This document shows, piece by piece, positions 20,259 to 30,414 of a stretch of DNA of 64,000 nt (position 1 is its first letter; every line of letters starts with the position of its first letter). The position numbers and the translations under genes are program-made. Origin of the DNA: a virus; IMG/VR virus record IMGVR_UViG_3300048838_000238, positions 32,001-96,000 of that record. One strand, given 5' to 3'. The notes below the pieces were generated by a model. That model ran no database searches and was not told where the DNA came from. It saw only the letters and a list, made by a program, of their open reading frames with translations.

Positions 20259-20350
20259 CACGATGAACCTCTTAGAAGAAGTCCGCTTCAATGCAGGCGG
20301 ATGGTCTGTTTGTAAACGTGACCCAATACGGCATCATGGCAATATCCCTT

Positions 20351-20605
20351 TCAGGAAGTGGCAGATAGTTCAACAGAAACTTCAGCAACTGGATGATTCT
20401 CCGGCAATCCGTGCTGAGCGCAGAAGCTCAGCCACAACTTGTATCCGTGGAGATTGATGAACTCGATCCGCGTGAGTGCGCGGAGTAATTCGAGCTGCTG
20501 AATGACTAGCTTGCGGCGACGATCGAAGATCAGGTACGACGGGGTGCCGCTGCGAAGCGAACATTCCTTCATCAGTTCGGCGAGTTGCTTTTCAAGTTCT
20601 TCCAT
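20351..20605 (-). CDS. Hypothetical protein
   Basis: GAGG RBS; directly downstream of an operator copy. Confidence 0.5.
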   Translation of the reverse strand: MEELEKQLAELMKECSLRSGTPSYLIFDRRRKLVIQQLELLRALTRIEFINLHGYKLWLSFCAQHGLPENHPVAEVSVELSATS

Positions 20606-20626
20606 CGTTCCGTCCTCGTGGCTTGG

Positions 20627-20645
20627 TTATATCTGATTGATATAG
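20627..20645. promoter_or_regulatory. Palindromic operator copy TTATATC-N5-GATATAG
   Basis: 1 mismatch; intergenic. Confidence 0.75.
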
Positions 20646-21218
20646 GTTATTCGCCGCGCGCTGAACAGTATTGGGACCGGCTGGTAAGAAATTGCCGGGA
20701 GAATCTGCAAGTCCCGACGCCTTATCCGGACACGAATGCGGACACCGTGTCCGGATAAGCCTGTCGCAACTACGGCTCCAGAGTTTCCCGGACAATATCC
20801 CGCAGTTCGCGGTTGCCTTCCAGTGCTGGCAGCACCTTCCACAGCACGCGACCGTAGAGGGTGATCGTGCCGTACAGCGATGCGATCAGCTCTCTGGACT
20901 CTTCGGGAGACTCAACCGACGGAAGAAAAGGACGTGCATTGCTCATAATTACACCTCGTTGTGAGGGTTCTGACCCGCCGGACACGTAGCACTATCAATG
21001 CCACGAGTCCTTTATTTTTCGAGGCGGCGGCCGACTGCGCGTCGGTGCTGATAGATTATCGCCGCAACTCTCGTAGCAATCACAAGTTAACGATCAACCG
21101 AAACTTGCGAACTAGCAGACCAGAAAAGAGCGATCCTAGCGTTTAGTGTACGCTTGTCAACTATCCAAGAATGGAAAGATTTACCGACTGGTTTGAATGG
21201 CGAGAAACTCCGGAATGC

Positions 21219-21611
21219 CTAGCGGTCGGCCAGCAGCGGCACACTTCCGCGATCATCTGGCGGTACGGAATCGTAGCCGCGTAGCCATTCGGATTCCTGC
21301 TCGGGCGATTCGGGACAACAGAGTATTCGATAGCAGCCTTGTAATGCGGCGAGTTGTCCGCATTCGTATGTCTTGTTGTGCGCGGCAAAGAACTCCGGCA
21401 CATTGCACGGCATCCAGGCCAGCACGTCTGTCGGTGGCCATTGCTGGTAGTCGTCCGGCTCGTATCGATGCAGAATCAAGCCGTCCAGGTCAACGAACGT
21501 TTGCGCGTAGTCGACGTGCGCACTTACGCCATCCCGCTCAATGACTGCGACCCAAATAGAATCTCCATCTCCTGGACGTTCAGACGTTGGCATCCATCTC
21601 GGTTTCGTCAT
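21219..21611 (-). CDS. DUF551-like protein with a possible Rmf-like C-terminal motif
   Basis: WMPTSERP...VLAWMP; C-terminal YECG..AA.QG...CP......WLRGY. Confidence 0.5.
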   Translation of the reverse strand: MTKPRWMPTSERPGDGDSIWVAVIERDGVSAHVDYAQTFVDLDGLILHRYEPDDYQQWPPTDVLAWMPCNVPEFFAAHNKTYECGQLAALQGCYRILCCPESPEQESEWLRGYDSVPPDDRGSVPLLADR

Positions 21612-22030
21612 CGGTTCGGATCTCCTTGTGCCGCATCTCGCGGCCACGGTTGGTGGTGTCGTTGCCAAGTTCACAGCGAGACGTGGGAAGTGTGCTGGAC
21701 TAGGATTGCTGCCACCCTGCCAATCCATCCTCAGCAGCCTCGGTGGCAGCCACAGCCTCAGCGACGATCTCTGGCCAGCGGTCGGATTCCCACCACTCAC
21801 CGTATGGTGTCAGATTGCCATCGCTGTCGTGTGTCAATTCGGTGCCGTGGTCGTAGGTCAGATCCCACGGGCCACAGTCCGCAGTGGGGACGTAGCCGTG
21901 CATGTCCGCTGACAGATTCTCGCCAAATGATCCGAGATTTGATTTGTGGAATGCGTTCATCATCCGTGTTTCTCCTCATGTTGAATTTACTCCCCGCTCA
22001 CTGCGAGACGGGGGTGGGTGGGTGGGGTAT

Positions 22031-22354
22031 TTAAGGTCCTGGTCCGCCAGTATGCTTTCCTCGCCGAATCGTTTTCTTGCCTCCGCCGCCGAGCGTAGCC
22101 CTCCTCACGCCCTTCGTTTTTGTCGCCTGCCTCGGCGGTGGAATCGGCGACGAGTCAGCCGGTGCGTGAGTGCCGCAGTACGCTCGCCAATCACCGCTTG
22201 ACTTGCTGACGTGCGTTACTTTTTTGCGGCAGACTTCGCACGCGGCTTTTAGGCGCGGATATCGACCGTGGCAGTCGAGGCATTCTTTCGCCGACGTGAT
22301 ACTATCTGCGGCGAGCATGTGAGATCCGCACTCAGGGCAGAGTAGGTGCCGCAT
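22031..22354 (-). CDS. Small Cys-rich (zinc ribbon) protein
   Basis: CPEC, CLDC, CEVC and CGTH motifs. Confidence 0.5.
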   Translation of the reverse strand: MRHLLCPECGSHMLAADSITSAKECLDCHGRYPRLKAACEVCRKKVTHVSKSSGDWRAYCGTHAPADSSPIPPPRQATKTKGVRRATLGGGGKKTIRRGKHTGGPGP

Positions 22355-22572
22355 TACACCGCCTCCACGTACTCGCCACCGGCAGCCGTCACGCCGTCCA
22401 GGGTATTCGGGCCGAGGTCGCCTTCCTCGATCGCGTCGTATGCCGACTGGACGGAGGCTTGGTCTGACGGGTCGCATACGATCCAGCCGACTGATCGCGA
22501 ACCGAATCCGAATTCCCCGACGATCACTTTTCCGGAATCTGTTACTTCGCGTGCTGTCATTTGCTTCGTCAT
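22354..22572 (-). CDS. Hypothetical protein
   Basis: Strong GAGGAG RBS; downstream of an operator. Confidence 0.6.
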   Translation of the reverse strand: MTKQMTAREVTDSGKVIVGEFGFGSRSVGWIVCDPSDQASVQSAYDAIEEGDLGPNTLDGVTAAGGEYVEAV

Positions 22573-22624
22573 CGTGTTTCTCCTCGTGTTAGTTGGTTTC
22601 GTTCTCGCCGGGCTTGTGACCGGC

Positions 22625-22643
22625 CTATATCACCTAGATATCA
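22625..22643. promoter_or_regulatory. Palindromic operator copy CTATATC-N5-GATATCA
   Basis: 2 mismatches; in a divergent intergenic region. Confidence 0.65.
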
Positions 22644-22828
22644 CCGCTTAGTTCTTGAAACTCCAGTCGGCGAGTTGCTTGCGTCTATAGGGTATTCGCC
22701 GCTGATATCAGGATCTTGGTCGGAATTAGCGGTTCTTTCCAGTGACTGAACACTCGTTCATCTACATTCAGACCACCCACTTTTGCTATCATCACGAAAG
22801 ATACAGACGAACTCTACGGGAGACGAAC

Positions 22829-23770
22829 ATGAGACACCTTCATTTCCTGATAGTGACCGCGATTGCCGCGTCCGCGTTCGGTCAGGGGCTATCTCCAACA
22901 GACGCATATGTTGAAGCGCACCACCGGCACTACGAGGCGCGGCGTGCAGAACTCATAGAAAAGCTGGCCGAAGCGACCGCCGAATACCAGCCGATTCGCG
23001 ATGCCAAAGTTGATCGCCGCGCGGAGTCGCTGGCTGCCTTGACGGTAACTTTCGGAGAAGGTGCCGACGCCGTCCAGTGGTTTGAAGACGAAAATGATGC
23101 CGTCTACTTTAGAACAGCTCGCGAGAAACGCTCTGTCACCGAAAGGTACGAACGACTCTACATTGATCCACGAAAAAAGGAACTTGCCGACTTGCCATTG
23201 ACGTACACAGACGAGCGTCCGTCGATGCCGTTTTCTGGCTCGCACCCAGGAATCATCCGGTGGAAGCCTTACGTATTCCAGGTAATCGACGACGACGAAG
23301 TGCTTTTGCGAGTCTTCAAGGACACCATTTTGTACTTCAAAGGCGTAGCGACTGAAGGCATGGTTGACGGCGAGTACATCAACTTAGATGGAGCGTATCA
23401 CAGTACCGGCACAACAACCTACCAGACTGCCTCCGGTGGATCGAAGACTGTCCGTGTGATCGAGCCGTTCGATACGTCCTCGGCTGATGCCATTATCTCA
23501 GAAAAACACGTTGAATTCTTGGACCGTCTAACCGCCGAGATGAAGAAATTAACCGCCGCAAATAAGAAGGAGACGGCAGACATTCGCGAATCCCTTACCC
23601 GCGAATTCACCGACATCACCGGCACATTCAAAGTGAAAGCCGAATACGCCGGGTACGCTAGCGGAAACGTCCGTCTCAAAAAAGAGAACGGCGAAACCAT
23701 TAGCGTTCCACTGGCAAAGCTGTCGGATACCGACAGACGGTGGGTCGCTGAACAAACCGCGAGGGATTAA
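22829..23770 (+). CDS. Secreted protein with C-terminal SHD1 domain (moron)
   Basis: Signal peptide MRHLHFLIVTAIAASAFG; REFTDITGTFKVKAEY...VRLKKENGETISVPLAKLSDTDRRWV matches SHD1; opposite strand to its neighbours. Confidence 0.85.
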   Translation: MRHLHFLIVTAIAASAFGQGLSPTDAYVEAHHRHYEARRAELIEKLAEATAEYQPIRDAKVDRRAESLAALTVTFGEGADAVQWFEDENDAVYFRTAREKRSVTERYERLYIDPRKKELADLPLTYTDERPSMPFSGSHPGIIRWKPYVFQVIDDDEVLLRVFKDTILYFKGVATEGMVDGEYINLDGAYHSTGTTTYQTASGGSKTVRVIEPFDTSSADAIISEKHVEFLDRLTAEMKKLTAANKKETADIRESLTREFTDITGTFKVKAEYAGYASGNVRLKKENGETISVPLAKLSDTDRRWVAEQTARD

Positions 23771-26700
23771 CGCGGGATTCCGGCCTTGCGACTGGCGGTC
23801 ACTTGTGTAACTTGCAGGTTTCTCGTTTGCTTATCGGCTGCCAGCATCTTACTGACTTCTGCCAAGATCGCCTGATTATCTCGGTCGGTGTTCACGTTGA
23901 GGGCATTTTGGATCTGACGCAGCACCTCGTCGCGGTCTGTCACGACAGTGACATTGACGTCCGTTTTGGTTGTGACTTTCGCGGAAATCTCTTCTGCGAG
24001 TTTGTCGTGTGCTGGCCGCGACCGGGACTCGTGTTCCTGTACCGTGTTCCGGTTTTGGCTTTCTCTTGCGACAACCTCGTCCTGGAGCTGCCGCTTATTG
24101 CGGTCAGCGTCATTGGCGCGAGCACGTTCGTCGCCGCCGAGAATATCCTCGACTCGCCCGAAGCCGCCGGCGCGGGCCGACTGGTCGAAGCCTCGCCGCT
24201 GAATGTCTTCTCCCACCCGCAAGCCGCTTGAGCCTAAGATGTTCCGGTCTTCTCGCGACAAGCCGGAAGCGATCGCGTCACGCCGTCTATTCTCCGCATC
24301 CTCCAACTTCTGCTGCTCGTCGCCTGAGATCGGCATACCGGCTTGTTGTTTCGCCTTAATGGCATTGACCTCGCCATCGCGTTTCCGCTTCTCCTGCGAG
24401 GTTTGCGCGACATCGAACTGGACCATGTCCCTGGAGTTCATGGCTTTCGCCATGCGCTCTTTGGCCTTGGCGTGTCTTTCTTCCGCAGCCTTGATCTTCT
24501 CCTTGCGGTCTGGAGACTCTGTACTGGCCGCGCGGACCGCCTCTTGGGCCTCTTTGATACGTTTGGCCGCCGCTTGCCGAGCCGCGAACTGCTCTTTAGC
24601 AGCTTCTGGAGACTGTTTTTTATCAAAGCCGAAGGCGTCTTTCTTCTCCGACTCCTGCTTTTCTAGCAACTTCTTCTGAGCTTCCCGAGCCGCTTCCAAT
24701 TCGCCTTGTGCGTCCGTGAACTTATTGCCCTTGCCGGTCTTGAGCGTCTTCAGTGCGTCGCCAGATTCGGCCAATTCCTTTTGTGCTGCGGTGTACTCTG
24801 TTTTGGCTGCGCCGATCTTGTCGCGATCCGCCTTACTCATCCCGGTTCTGTCGAATTCCAAGCCTTCCTTGCGAACCCGCTCGGCAGCCAAAACAAGCTT
24901 TTTCTGGTCGGATACATCCATCTGCCCGAACTTCTGACGGGCGTTGTCGATGCGGCCGCGCTCCATCTCGGCTATCTGGCCGCGAAGTTCAATCTCGCGA
25001 TGCAAGTCCGCGATCGCCGCGCGATTGGCCGCAAGTTTGGCCTTGGTGATCTCGTTCTCGATCGCTAGTCGATCTTTGCCAGCCGCGATGGCCCTAGCGT
25101 GTGCATCCTGAATCTTCTGATCGGCTTCATCTCGCTTCCTGGTCAGTTCGTCCAGGGATTGTTTCTCGTTGTCAGACAGACCTTTTGCACTCTGTTTTTT
25201 CAGCTCCAGATTTCGGATATCCGCGTTGACGTTTCCGCTGCTGTTCAGGTCTTCGGTTTCTTGCTTGCGAATCTTAGCAAGATCGTTTAGTGCGTCCTGC
25301 TGCTTCTTAATCAGAAGCGTTCTTTTCTCCAGCATCTCCGGACTGAGGAAGTCAGCGCCGCTGTCCCGCCTCTGCTTCTCCAATCCCGCAATCTTCTGGC
25401 TTCGCGCCGCGAACTCCGCAGGATTCCGATCATGCTCTAGCGACCGCTTCTCGCCAGCGATCTTGCGATCCAAGGCGGATTGCTTATCCTCCTGATCCGC
25501 GTTAGCGACGAAGCGTTTAACGTCGTTTTCCTGGAAGCCTAGTTCGTCCCGCTGCTCGGTGCGCTGCCGTTCTAGGTCCATCTCGCGACGGTGCTGCTCT
25601 AGCTCCTTGAGCATCCGCTCTTTGGAATCGGCGCGAGCCTTCTCGGCGCGCTCGACTCTGGCGGACGTCGCTGTCAGGTCAGTGATTGCCTTGCCGAATC
25701 CGTTCAAACCAGGAATGAGCTTTCCAATTGGACTGATCAAGGCATCGATCGCCCCTGCGCGGGCCTCCGAAGACAGTCCAGTCTTGGCAGCCATTTTGTC
25801 GAGCATGGCCATGAACTTGACTTCCCCGGTGGCGATATTGTCTCCCACCGAGCCTTGCTTCATGCCGCCGCCGAAACCGCTACTGCTGATCCCCTTGGCA
25901 AAATCCTTAGTGACGATCCCGGCCAAGACCGAAGATGCCACCGCTGCGATCGCTGCCGCAACAGGAACACCAATAGTCGCGGCCGTCATGCCGCCGGTCG
26001 CCGCCCCGGCGCCAGCGGCACCAGCACCTGCCGCGCCAGTCGTGGCAGCGCCTGCCGCAGTCGCCGTCCCGGCCGCGCCCGCGCCGGTTAACGCGGATTT
26101 AGCCGCAGTCGCCGCGACGCCCGTCGCCGCGCCCTTGATGGCTGCATTACCGACTCCTCTCGTCGCCTCACCGGAGACAGCAGAACCGGCCGCGCCAGTC
26201 GCAGCCCCTGTAGTGAATCTGCCAGCCGCGATACCTGCCGCACTCGCGGTACCGGATGCCGCCGCGCGACCAGCCGCACTAGCCGCGAACCGAGTAGCGG
26301 CATTACCAGCCGCTCCCGCTGCGCCACCGCCGCCGCGCCCTGCGTTGAGCCGCATGTATGCCGCCGCCGCTGCGTTGGCGGCCACCGCTTCGCGCGCTAA
26401 CGCCGCTGTCATTGCCGTCGACTTCGTGCCTCCGATCGCACTAGCGGCACTAGCGGCATCCATCATGCTTCGAAGATTGGTCCAGACTCCAGAGAGCCTC
26501 TGAATCGATTGCATCCCGCCGACAACGACGTCGAACGTCCCTTGCAATTTCGCCAGACCCTTGACGAAATCCTCCATGTTCTCGTCGCCGACCAAGCCGA
26601 GCATCCCGATGCCACGGGCAAGCTGCATTACCGATGCGGTCGATTCAGCGAGCGAGCCCATTAGCGCCCGACGGCTGCTGGTGTACTGATTCTGGATAGC

Positions 26701-28116
26701 CTGCGCCTTGGCGACGGCTTCGACTTGCGCGGCTGATACGCTCGCTGCCGCTTCCCGTTCTGCGGCTGCCGATTCACGGGCCATCTTCGTCTGATTTGTA
26801 TAGAACTGCTTTTTCAGTCCTTCCCGTTTCTTTATGACGACTTCTTGCTCTTTGGCTGAAAGCTGCATGAACTTCGAATCGTCTACCAAGCCGGCGCGTT
26901 GAGCGTTCGCGACTCGCTTCTGCCACTCCAGCTTCCACTCGGCGGTTCGCTTGGCGATGTCCTTTTCTTCGCGTTCTCGTTCGCGAATCCGATCTAAGAT
27001 GCCCTGCTCTCTTTGCCGGTTGTCGTAGCGGTCCTCGCCTGCCTCGTCCTGCGCTGCCTGGCTGACGACGGGCCGCGTCGATCGGCCACGAGGTGCATTG
27101 CGTGACGTCGGCGATTCCGGCTGTCCTGTCGCCGCTGGAGGGCTTCCTGGAAGAGACGCAAGGATTCGCTTCTTGGCGTCGACCATCCGCTTAGTTTCGG
27201 CGATGCCGTGGTCCGCTTGTCCGGACTCGATGGCGCGGATTTTCCGATCGAGTTCAGCGGTCCATACTCCGTAGTCGCGAAGAATCCGCTTAATGCGATC
27301 CGTTTCCGATTCCTTGGTCGCGACCGCCGTGCTGCTCGGCGGAGGGACATTGGTAGGCGCGTCGTTTCTTGCAACGACGTCGACTCGATTTGCGGGGACG
27401 TTCGGCTTGCTCGGGGCCGGCTGAACGATCGGCGATTCCGGCAGAGAACCACGACCCGATTGGCTGCCGTACACTTCTGCCAAGATTCGTTTCTTCGCGT
27501 CGACCATCCGACGTGTTTCGGCGACGGCATGATCAGCCATGCCGGTTTCAATGGCGCGGATCTTCTGGTCGTGTTCGCCATAGGCAGCTTCGTGTTCGCG
27601 CAGTATCCGCTTCACTCTGTCGGTTTCTGCCTCGGGACCGCGTCCGCCGGCCGGCAAGTCCTGGACCTGCGGAACCCGATACTGATCACCCGGCTTGCTG
27701 GCGGCTGGCGTGCCCCGGTTGGCTGCTGTAACACTCGATTGTGGAACGCTGCGCTGCGGAGCATTCGCAAACGCCTTCATTTGATCGGTGGCGGACTGAA
27801 AGACAGATCGAATCTGCCCCACGACAGCCGCGCCGGTCGCCTCGATGGCACTCTTCGCGCCGTCTCTCGCCGCCCGGAATGCCGACAGTTGTTCGCGGCC
27901 GAAACCGCGATTCAGCAACTCGACTTCCCGCTTGATCTGATCGCTCGCGGACGTTGCGTGACGAGACACATCGCGCATCGAGGACGCGATTGTCTGCTGC
28001 GTGGCAGTGACCTGCTTGCCTAAGTCCGATAAGACTTTAGAGGTTGCCGGATGAGCCTCGACGCCAACCCGAAAAAGAACGTCCGCGCCGCCGCCTTTTG
28101 TTTTTTTCTTAGCCAT
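23767..28116 (-). CDS. Tape measure protein
   Basis: 1449 aa, Ala/Gly-rich hydrophobic middle and long coiled coils; downstream of the tail chaperones. Confidence 0.8.
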   Translation of the reverse strand: MAKKKTKGGGADVLFRVGVEAHPATSKVLSDLGKQVTATQQTIASSMRDVSRHATSASDQIKREVELLNRGFGREQLSAFRAARDGAKSAIEATGAAVVGQIRSVFQSATDQMKAFANAPQRSVPQSSVTAANRGTPAASKPGDQYRVPQVQDLPAGGRGPEAETDRVKRILREHEAAYGEHDQKIRAIETGMADHAVAETRRMVDAKKRILAEVYGSQSGRGSLPESPIVQPAPSKPNVPANRVDVVARNDAPTNVPPPSSTAVATKESETDRIKRILRDYGVWTAELDRKIRAIESGQADHGIAETKRMVDAKKRILASLPGSPPAATGQPESPTSRNAPRGRSTRPVVSQAAQDEAGEDRYDNRQREQGILDRIREREREEKDIAKRTAEWKLEWQKRVANAQRAGLVDDSKFMQLSAKEQEVVIKKREGLKKQFYTNQTKMARESAAAEREAAASVSAAQVEAVAKAQAIQNQYTSSRRALMGSLAESTASVMQLARGIGMLGLVGDENMEDFVKGLAKLQGTFDVVVGGMQSIQRLSGVWTNLRSMMDAASAASAIGGTKSTAMTAALAREAVAANAAAAAYMRLNAGRGGGGAAGAAGNAATRFAASAAGRAAASGTASAAGIAAGRFTTGAATGAAGSAVSGEATRGVGNAAIKGAATGVAATAAKSALTGAGAAGTATAAGAATTGAAGAGAAGAGAATGGMTAATIGVPVAAAIAAVASSVLAGIVTKDFAKGISSSGFGGGMKQGSVGDNIATGEVKFMAMLDKMAAKTGLSSEARAGAIDALISPIGKLIPGLNGFGKAITDLTATSARVERAEKARADSKERMLKELEQHRREMDLERQRTEQRDELGFQENDVKRFVANADQEDKQSALDRKIAGEKRSLEHDRNPAEFAARSQKIAGLEKQRRDSGADFLSPEMLEKRTLLIKKQQDALNDLAKIRKQETEDLNSSGNVNADIRNLELKKQSAKGLSDNEKQSLDELTRKRDEADQKIQDAHARAIAAGKDRLAIENEITKAKLAANRAAIADLHREIELRGQIAEMERGRIDNARQKFGQMDVSDQKKLVLAAERVRKEGLEFDRTGMSKADRDKIGAAKTEYTAAQKELAESGDALKTLKTGKGNKFTDAQGELEAAREAQKKLLEKQESEKKDAFGFDKKQSPEAAKEQFAARQAAAKRIKEAQEAVRAASTESPDRKEKIKAAEERHAKAKERMAKAMNSRDMVQFDVAQTSQEKRKRDGEVNAIKAKQQAGMPISGDEQQKLEDAENRRRDAIASGLSREDRNILGSSGLRVGEDIQRRGFDQSARAGGFGRVEDILGGDERARANDADRNKRQLQDEVVARESQNRNTVQEHESRSRPAHDKLAEEISAKVTTKTDVNVTVVTDRDEVLRQIQNALNVNTDRDNQAILAEVSKMLAADKQTRNLQVTQVTASRKAGIPR

Positions 28117-28135
28117 TACGTGATTGTATCACGAA

Positions 28136-28200
28136 GAAAAAAGCCGCCCGCGCCGCTGACTAACCTTACGGGGCCGGTTGCGATGCCGGCGCGGCGCGGG
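28136..28200 (-). terminator. Probable intrinsic terminator after the DUF6745 insert
   Basis: GC-rich CCCGCGCCGC...GCGGCGCGGG stem followed by a U-tract on the minus strand. Confidence 0.5.
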
Positions 28201-28267
28201 CTAAGGATCGCATCTATGCGGACCATCCGAGCGAGCGGGCCTTGTCCAGGATGGCGGACTCATCCGC

Positions 28268-28561
28268 CTAATCCCACCGCTGACGCTGTTGTTGCGCGAC
28301 ATGCTCGCGCTGCAACCGCACCTCGTACCACACCGGCTCCGTGACGTGGTGCCTGTGCTCCTGATGTGTGAGGGTGTTTCCTCCCAACACGTATTCACGG
28401 TCGCCGTCGACCGCTACCGAACCAATCAACTCGTGTGCGTGCCCAGTCCGCTCGCCTGCGATGCGAATGCCAACGCGGCCTTCCTGGACTTGCGCACCGG
28501 TCGGCAACTCGCCAACCGGAACCAACAACACGTCACCCTGCCTGATTGCCACTGCATTCAT
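28268..28561 (-). CDS. Conserved small phage protein (RQGDV / GExTGHxH / LxHxEH motifs)
   Basis: IRQGDVLL, GERTGHAH and LTHQEH; this family usually accompanies DUF6745. Confidence 0.75.
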   Translation of the reverse strand: MNAVAIRQGDVLLVPVGELPTGAQVQEGRVGIRIAGERTGHAHELIGSVAVDGDREYVLGGNTLTHQEHRHHVTEPVWYEVRLQREHVAQQQRQRWD

Positions 28562-28562
28562 C

Positions 28563-29651
28563 TTAGCTCTCTCTTTCTGGACGGTACTCGTCCGGATTCA
28601 TTGAAAATGTCCATGCCACGGCAGCACGGATACGTTGTGATGCCGTCTCGCCAGAACGAAGCGGCATTGCGAATTGGGCTGGCACACCGATGCGGTGTTG
28701 CTGTCCGGTTGACGGGCAGCGGACACAGACTTGAGCCTGCGAGACTCGGGCCGTCGTCCCATCGACAGTACGATTAGTAATGATCGCGCCGTCATCGCTG
28801 GCACAAACCAACACCGGGTTCCATATGCTGATTGCGTCGTCTTCTCCGCGTGGACCGAGCCAGTCTAGTAGTCGCAAGTCATCACTATTAGACTCGCGAT
28901 CATGGTCGCCATCGCGGCGAGAAGAGAAGGTGCGGTAGACCGCGATCTGCTCGTACCAAGGTACCGCAGTCCAGTCTCTATTATCCCACAGGGATGCCTG
29001 GTGCTGCGTGCCGAACACGCGGGCCAGCGTGCCGATCGCAGCGCGGCGACCAGCATTGCGAGCGCCTAGTGGTCGATTTGTGTTGTATTCCTCATTGGCT
29101 TGCAACGCAAGATCCGCGAGTGCAACCCGCAGCCCCCAACCGGCCAAGATGCGATTAGCGGTGCGGCGCGCCTCACGTAGCCATCGCTCAGCCAGTCCAG
29201 GTGACTGGAATCGCTGAGCTACGTTTACTGGCGAAACCAAGCAAGCCGGGCTGCCAATTCCCCGCGGACTAATACCGCGAGTGAATACCGCCGACAGTAA
29301 AGGGTACTCCGGCACCGCCCGCAGCCACCCGCAGACGCGGCGGGCATGGGAGTAGACGCGGTCCACCTCACATAGAGTTGACTCGCTCCACCGTGCAGAC
29401 CAATGGCATGGCACGCCGCTAATCAGATACCCGTGTCCCCAGTTGCGGGGCAGCTTCTCTTGCATTTCACGCGGCCAGTACATGACCGCGTTCTCTAGCC
29501 ATCTCTCAATCACGGCTCGCCGAATGAATGGCGAGCGACTCGGAGACTGGGCGTGATGCCATCGGACATGCCGGCGACCGAATGCACCGGGCGTGCGAAC
29601 GGGGCGGTCTACAGATAGATGATCTCGGACTTCGGCGGTAAGTACACACAT
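28563..29651 (-). CDS. DUF6745-domain protein
   Basis: C-terminal VRCPSTG...GVP...AAVAWTF...YRP..ES; AAGGAG RBS. Confidence 0.7.
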   Translation of the reverse strand: MCVLTAEVRDHLSVDRPVRTPGAFGRRHVRWHHAQSPSRSPFIRRAVIERWLENAVMYWPREMQEKLPRNWGHGYLISGVPCHWSARWSESTLCEVDRVYSHARRVCGWLRAVPEYPLLSAVFTRGISPRGIGSPACLVSPVNVAQRFQSPGLAERWLREARRTANRILAGWGLRVALADLALQANEEYNTNRPLGARNAGRRAAIGTLARVFGTQHQASLWDNRDWTAVPWYEQIAVYRTFSSRRDGDHDRESNSDDLRLLDWLGPRGEDDAISIWNPVLVCASDDGAIITNRTVDGTTARVSQAQVCVRCPSTGQQHRIGVPAQFAMPLRSGETASQRIRAAVAWTFSMNPDEYRPERES

Positions 29652-29997
29652 CGTTGTCACTCCTTGTGGCTTCGCGGGCCACGGCTGCAACTCCATCAGT
29701 TGCCGATTTACGCTTGTTTCTTACAGGTAATTCGCCGCAATCCGGCGAATCTTGGGAAGTTTTTTTCACGAAATCAGTGTACTATTCGCGAAACAGAACC
29801 GCCATCGCGCCGTCGGATCACCGCAACAAGAGCAAGAGCCAAAGCAACCAACTTTGGTTATCTTCAGAGACCTTTTTGCCGACGCCGGCAAGATGGTCCG
29901 TTTTAGCGACTTCGTTCACCGGACGTGGCGGCGCTGCGGATGGCGATGAAAACTTGTCCTTTAATGGAGGTCCGTTGTGACCCATGATTAGCTCCAG

Positions 29998-30414
29998 CTA
30001 TTCGCGAAAGAGAACAGCCAGCGCCCCGGCTAGTTCGTTCGCGAGTTGCTTAGACCTCTGGCGAGAAAGCAGCGTCTCGCATATTTCAAATCCGCGACGG
30101 GTCCAAGCATCCCCTGGATCGGCCACGCCGCCGCCCATAGCGCGATGCTCGTAGTAGAGTTGCAGGAGCTGCTCGTTGCGCGCCGAGAGAACGTGAAGAT
30201 ACTCTCTCTCGGGTGACTCCTTGGGGCACTGAAATCCGCCCCGGCAAGGCGGTGGACCGTACTGGATGACGGGAAGCAACTCGCCGTCGCCTACCATGTA
30301 CGTCTCGCGCTCGCCGGTCTTCATGTTGAAGACGAACTTCTGGCACTCAGAGCAAGGGATATTGGCGATCTGCGGGCTGTTGATCCTGAGCAACAACCCG
30401 CCGATTAGTTTCCC
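29998..30414 (-). CDS. Tail assembly chaperone, frameshifted C-terminal part (gpT-like)
   Basis: In the -1 frame from slippery site G GGA AAC at 30414-30408. Confidence 0.7.
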   Translation of the reverse strand, partial: GKLIGGLLLRINSPQIANIPCSECQKFVFNMKTGERETYMVGDGELLPVIQYGPPPCRGGFQCPKESPEREYLHVLSARNEQLLQLYYEHRAMGGGVADPGDAWTRRGFEICETLLSRQRSKQLANELAGALAVLFRE

